DNA of 63,233 bases, counting the filler, from Rhabdomonas costata (lineage: Eukaryota), in the NCBI GenBank assembly GCA_019059605.1. It is 53 parts of 53 records of this genome, joined end to end, with 100 filler letters (N's around TTAATTAATTAA, not from the genome) between each part and the next. Parts side by side here need not be neighbours in the genome. Positions count along the whole stretch, not along the records: positions 59,749 to 60,843 come from JAHMHO010028904.1; positions 60,944 to 62,038 come from JAHMHO010028905.1; positions 62,139 to 63,233 come from JAHMHO010028906.1; 50 more parts are not named here. The stretch is one strand, 5' to 3'. Numbering within the stretch: the stretch's first letter is position 1; each line of letters starts with the position of its first letter. The notes under the pieces were generated by a model that worked only from the letters and a program-made list of their open reading frames with translations, searched no databases and had not been told where the DNA came from. A program made the translations under genes and the position numbers. Positions 59,841-63,233 of this stretch are shown one piece after another.

Positions 59841-60748
59841 CTGAGGGCCGGGGCCATGAAGCTTCAGCAGGGTGGTCTCAGAGCCCCAGTGGTAGAGCCC
59901 TCGGAACAGCGGGCACTGCAGGTCACGCACCAGAAGCACGTAGTGCAGGCACCCTCCGGACCCGGCGACGTGCTGGGAGAGCTTCTTCGTGACCTGTGAA
60001 GACATATATGCAGAGATGGTGCGGGTCCTGGACGGGGTTGTGGGACGGGATTAGGCGACAATGCATGGCGAGTTAAAAGGTAAGGATACTGGAGCTCAGA
60101 AGCGGCATTTCTTTCGAAGTGGTAGTAGGCCCTGGCCGTCTTGGTTCGTTGGTTTTGGTGTGGGGGGGGCGTCACCACTGGTACAGATAGATTCTTTGTC
60201 GGAGCATTTCCTATGGGAGAATACGTATTTTCAAAACGTCGTTAAAGGCCCCTCAGGCCACGTTCCCGCTCCAGGCTGCGCCACGTTGCTTGCCTTCGCT
60301 AAAATAATGCTGTCCTACTCCACCCATATCCCAGCCTTAGCTAGTCCTCAGCCAGCACCAGATTTGACGTGCAAACCAAGAATACTCATATGGTGAACAC
60401 TGGCACAGATCATTCAACCCACTGGCGCTAACAGAAAACCATTTAGAAGCATTTGGAAGGTGCTTGCTTCAGTAACATGCAGATAAAGGAAAAAAGAACA
60501 TTTTATTTGGCAAATTTTCCGTTACAATGATAACCGTCCCCTGTCGCCGTCCTCAGCAGTCCATTGAGCGATTCCGCCGTGAAGGGACGTACCAAGGGAC
60601 TACCACAAAAAGCAGAAACCTCTAGCAGCTCGGGCTCGTTCACTCTTCCAGCGAGGCAGACGTGTCTCAGGGCATTCCGGATCTTCTGGAGGTTGTCCAG
60701 GGGCTGCGCCGTGCCCGCTGTGGCGGGGTACATCGCTGGAGTCTGGGG
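59841..60748 (-). CDS. CAMSAP/Patronin CKK domain (exons 60748-60620 and 59993-59841)
   Basis: DNLQKIRNALRHVCLAGRVNEPELLE|VTKKL...HYVLLVRDLQCPLFRGLY...LLKLHGPGP matches CKK N...I.NAL...CLAG.VNE...HF.IL.RD..C.FR.LY...G.GP. Confidence 0.88.
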
Positions 60749-63233
60749 CTGAGCACAGGCATGCAGACAACCGAGGGTGAGTGAGAGGATACCTCAACCA
60801 GGAAGTCCCACTACAACTCCACCCAGCAAGCATCACAAAAAACNNNNNNNNNNNNNNNNNNNNNNNNNNNNNNNNNNNNNNNNNNNNTTAATTAATTAAN
60901 NNNNNNNNNNNNNNNNNNNNNNNNNNNNNNNNNNNNNNNNNNNGTTTGTGGTTAGACAAGAACTTTAGGGGGCCTGGGACTAGCCTACAACTGTGCTTTG
61001 GAGGGCGAGCAGGGCAAGTTAAGTGTGGGACGCGGAGGGCAGAGGCCAGCCCCTGACGCAGCCGGCGCAGAAGCGGGAATATAGCACAGGAAAATAAGAC
61101 ATTATGATGTCACACAAAACGCTGGTCGCCAGTGGTAACCGTTCTACCGAAAAACGCGTGCATGACACGCGGGATCAAGGGACATCTTGGGTCTCTGCAT
61201 GGCTTCAGCCCGAACCACCCAAATTTCATGACAGCCGTCAAGCTCTGGGCCACAGGCTTTTCACCAACAAACCGAAAAACACACCCAAGACTTTCGCAGC
61301 CTCCTTCTTCAAGGCGCCATTCCTGGCCCTGAAGCCCCCAGATAGCTTGATGATCCGCTCCAGGGGCTTCACCACAACATCGCACAGGCCCCCCGAAGGG
61401 GCCGCCATTACGAGGGAGAATACCCGACAAGGAAACTAGGGACCACTGACGGGGCACCAGGCCGCCGGGAGGACCCACACATGGGCGTCCCCCAAAAACT
61501 CTTCAATGTAACACACTCACCCACGCGCTCACTCACGCGCACGCACACCCGCTCTCAGTTGGTTGGAGTGAGGCGGATTGTAAAGCTCAAAAAAGTACAC
61601 AGGTTCCTTCTAACCAAAAAAATAAACTTTAAGAGGTCATTCTATGAGATAAACAGGGGAGCACGCGATGACATACACCACTGACCGTGCGCCACAGCAG
61701 TGCGGAAACCATTTTTTTTTTGGAACAATGGACAAATCGATAAAAGGCGAACCAAAATATCTGCAGTTCGAAAATCATTTCATCTCTCTTCGGTTGGTCA
61801 CACCCAATATAAAAATCAAGCAATGCTGACAAGTAGCACGCAAACATCACGGAGGACAAGATGTCGCCCGGGCGCGTTTACAGACTTGTTACGCAGCCTG
61901 GTGCTATTGGGAAACGTACGGGGCAACATCGCTGCCCCTTCACAGTGTTTCTTCCCATTTCCCAACGATGCGAATCAAAAGGCAGCGCCCTTGATCAAAC
62001 GATCTCTGATTAAAATACAGCAATACAGAAAAACAACANNNNNNNNNNNNNNNNNNNNNNNNNNNNNNNNNNNNNNNNNNNNTTAATTAATTAANNNNNN
62101 NNNNNNNNNNNNNNNNNNNNNNNNNNNNNNNNNNNNNNGGGTGGGGGGGAAGGCTGTACTGCTTGCGCAGGCTCCAGCCGGTCCAGGAGCACTCAAGGGC
62201 AGCCGAGCGCTCAAGGAATACACGACACACGATGTGACTCGTATAACCCACGATACACGATAGCCGTTTGCCGTTGGCGAGGGCAACTTTTTTGGACGGT
62301 TGCAATTGCAGCCCGAACTGCGAACGTTGGTTGGAATGCCCCTATCAATTTCTCCCTTCGGGCCTTTGGGGGAAAGGTCCAGCATTGTAGAACTCCTCGG
62401 TGAGATTTGCCCAAGAAATCCCACCACTGCATGCTAATTGAAATTTTGAAAGGCTGAGGGTTCAAGTTTCTCCAATGAGGAAGGTTGTGCACAGTTCAAC
62501 GTGAAGTGTGCGCGAACTGTTTCGTGTATTTGAAGATTGTTTTTTGTTTGGTCTCAGTCTTGCCCCCATCCATGTCTCACTCCAAAGAATGGGGTGCGGT
62601 GAGCCGCCTCTCGCAAGCGCACCCAAGAGCACCCCTGCCCTCGCCAAAGGCATCCTGGTGGATGGTCATATGGTAAGTACTTTATCGTTTATGGTCGTAT
62701 GGTAAGTACTTTGGAAAGGCAAATGGATGTTCTTTGACGGGCTGCTGTGTGCTCCAATGCCAGTGGATCCCGTAGAGCGACCAGGAGACTTGTGGTCTCA
62801 CCACTGGTTGGACCGAGCGCCTGCGGAAGTATTTTAACTTGACCACATTAGAGTGGCTTGACCCAACGAAGCGGCATCATGGAGGAATTCGAAGTCCACG
62901 TTGCGCAAGGCCCGGAACAAGAAAACCAACTACGCCACCTTGGTCCGCCCTGGCCAGCGGCTGGAGGCAGTCCCCACCTTGCCCCCTCCTCCAATGTGTA
63001 CTTGTACATTGGGTTAAGGGTTCATTGGGAAGGACCGTATGCAGCCGAACCATGAAGGGAAATTGTGGTGGTGCTGTGGAGGACCCCATTGAGGGGGCAT
63101 TTAAGCACGGTTCTGCATTTATATGGGGTAAGCGGGCCAGCCACAGCCGCGGGAACCCCGAGGCCTAACAGCCCCCAGCCACCGTTCCCCCTCCGCCGAT
63201 GCCTATCTAGGCTCCACGGAGGAGAACACGAGA

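Noticed and set aside
62839-63168. VHWVKG (RNase H-like) and WEGPY (integrase GPY/F-like) motifs in overlapping frames
   Set aside because: Isolated short matches without the other catalytic residues.

Overview
This window is not a contiguous locus. It is 53 unlinked ~1.09-kb contigs joined by N-TTAATTAATTAA-N stop linkers, so neighbouring contigs carry no synteny information. G/T-only 5' ends, C/A-only 3' ends, a recurring GTGGTGGGTGTGTTTGG 17-mer and many fold-back inversions point to a whole-genome-amplified, probably single-cell, library. Most contigs come from an intron-rich microbial eukaryote with GC-rich exons and GT/GC-AG introns; a euglenid-like host is a weak inference. Hand-spliced exons identify a histidine kinase HATPase, a receiver domain, a dCache sensor, a class III nucleotidyl cyclase, an alpha-kinase, an FCP1/SCP-type phosphatase, an MSH3-like MutS, a CDF zinc transporter, a papain-family protease, a metacaspase, a CAMSAP CKK domain, an ATP-grasp ligase, ankyrin repeats, a PEX11-like protein and a GGPP synthase. 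A decayed gag, a MITE-like element, a Helentron/DINE-like element and a tRNA-derived element are also present. The strongest leads are: (1) two very AT-rich, intronless contigs resembling a Mimiviridae-like giant virus, one with a 5x30-bp array ending in a hairpin; (2) a GGPP synthase homolog whose first DDxxD motif reads QDIEG; (3) a protein with six spaced PxIxIT-like motifs; (4) prokaryote-type genes, one already carrying an intron; (5) one-exon-per-module 6-Cys repeats. All family calls are by-eye motif recognition; no database search was run.
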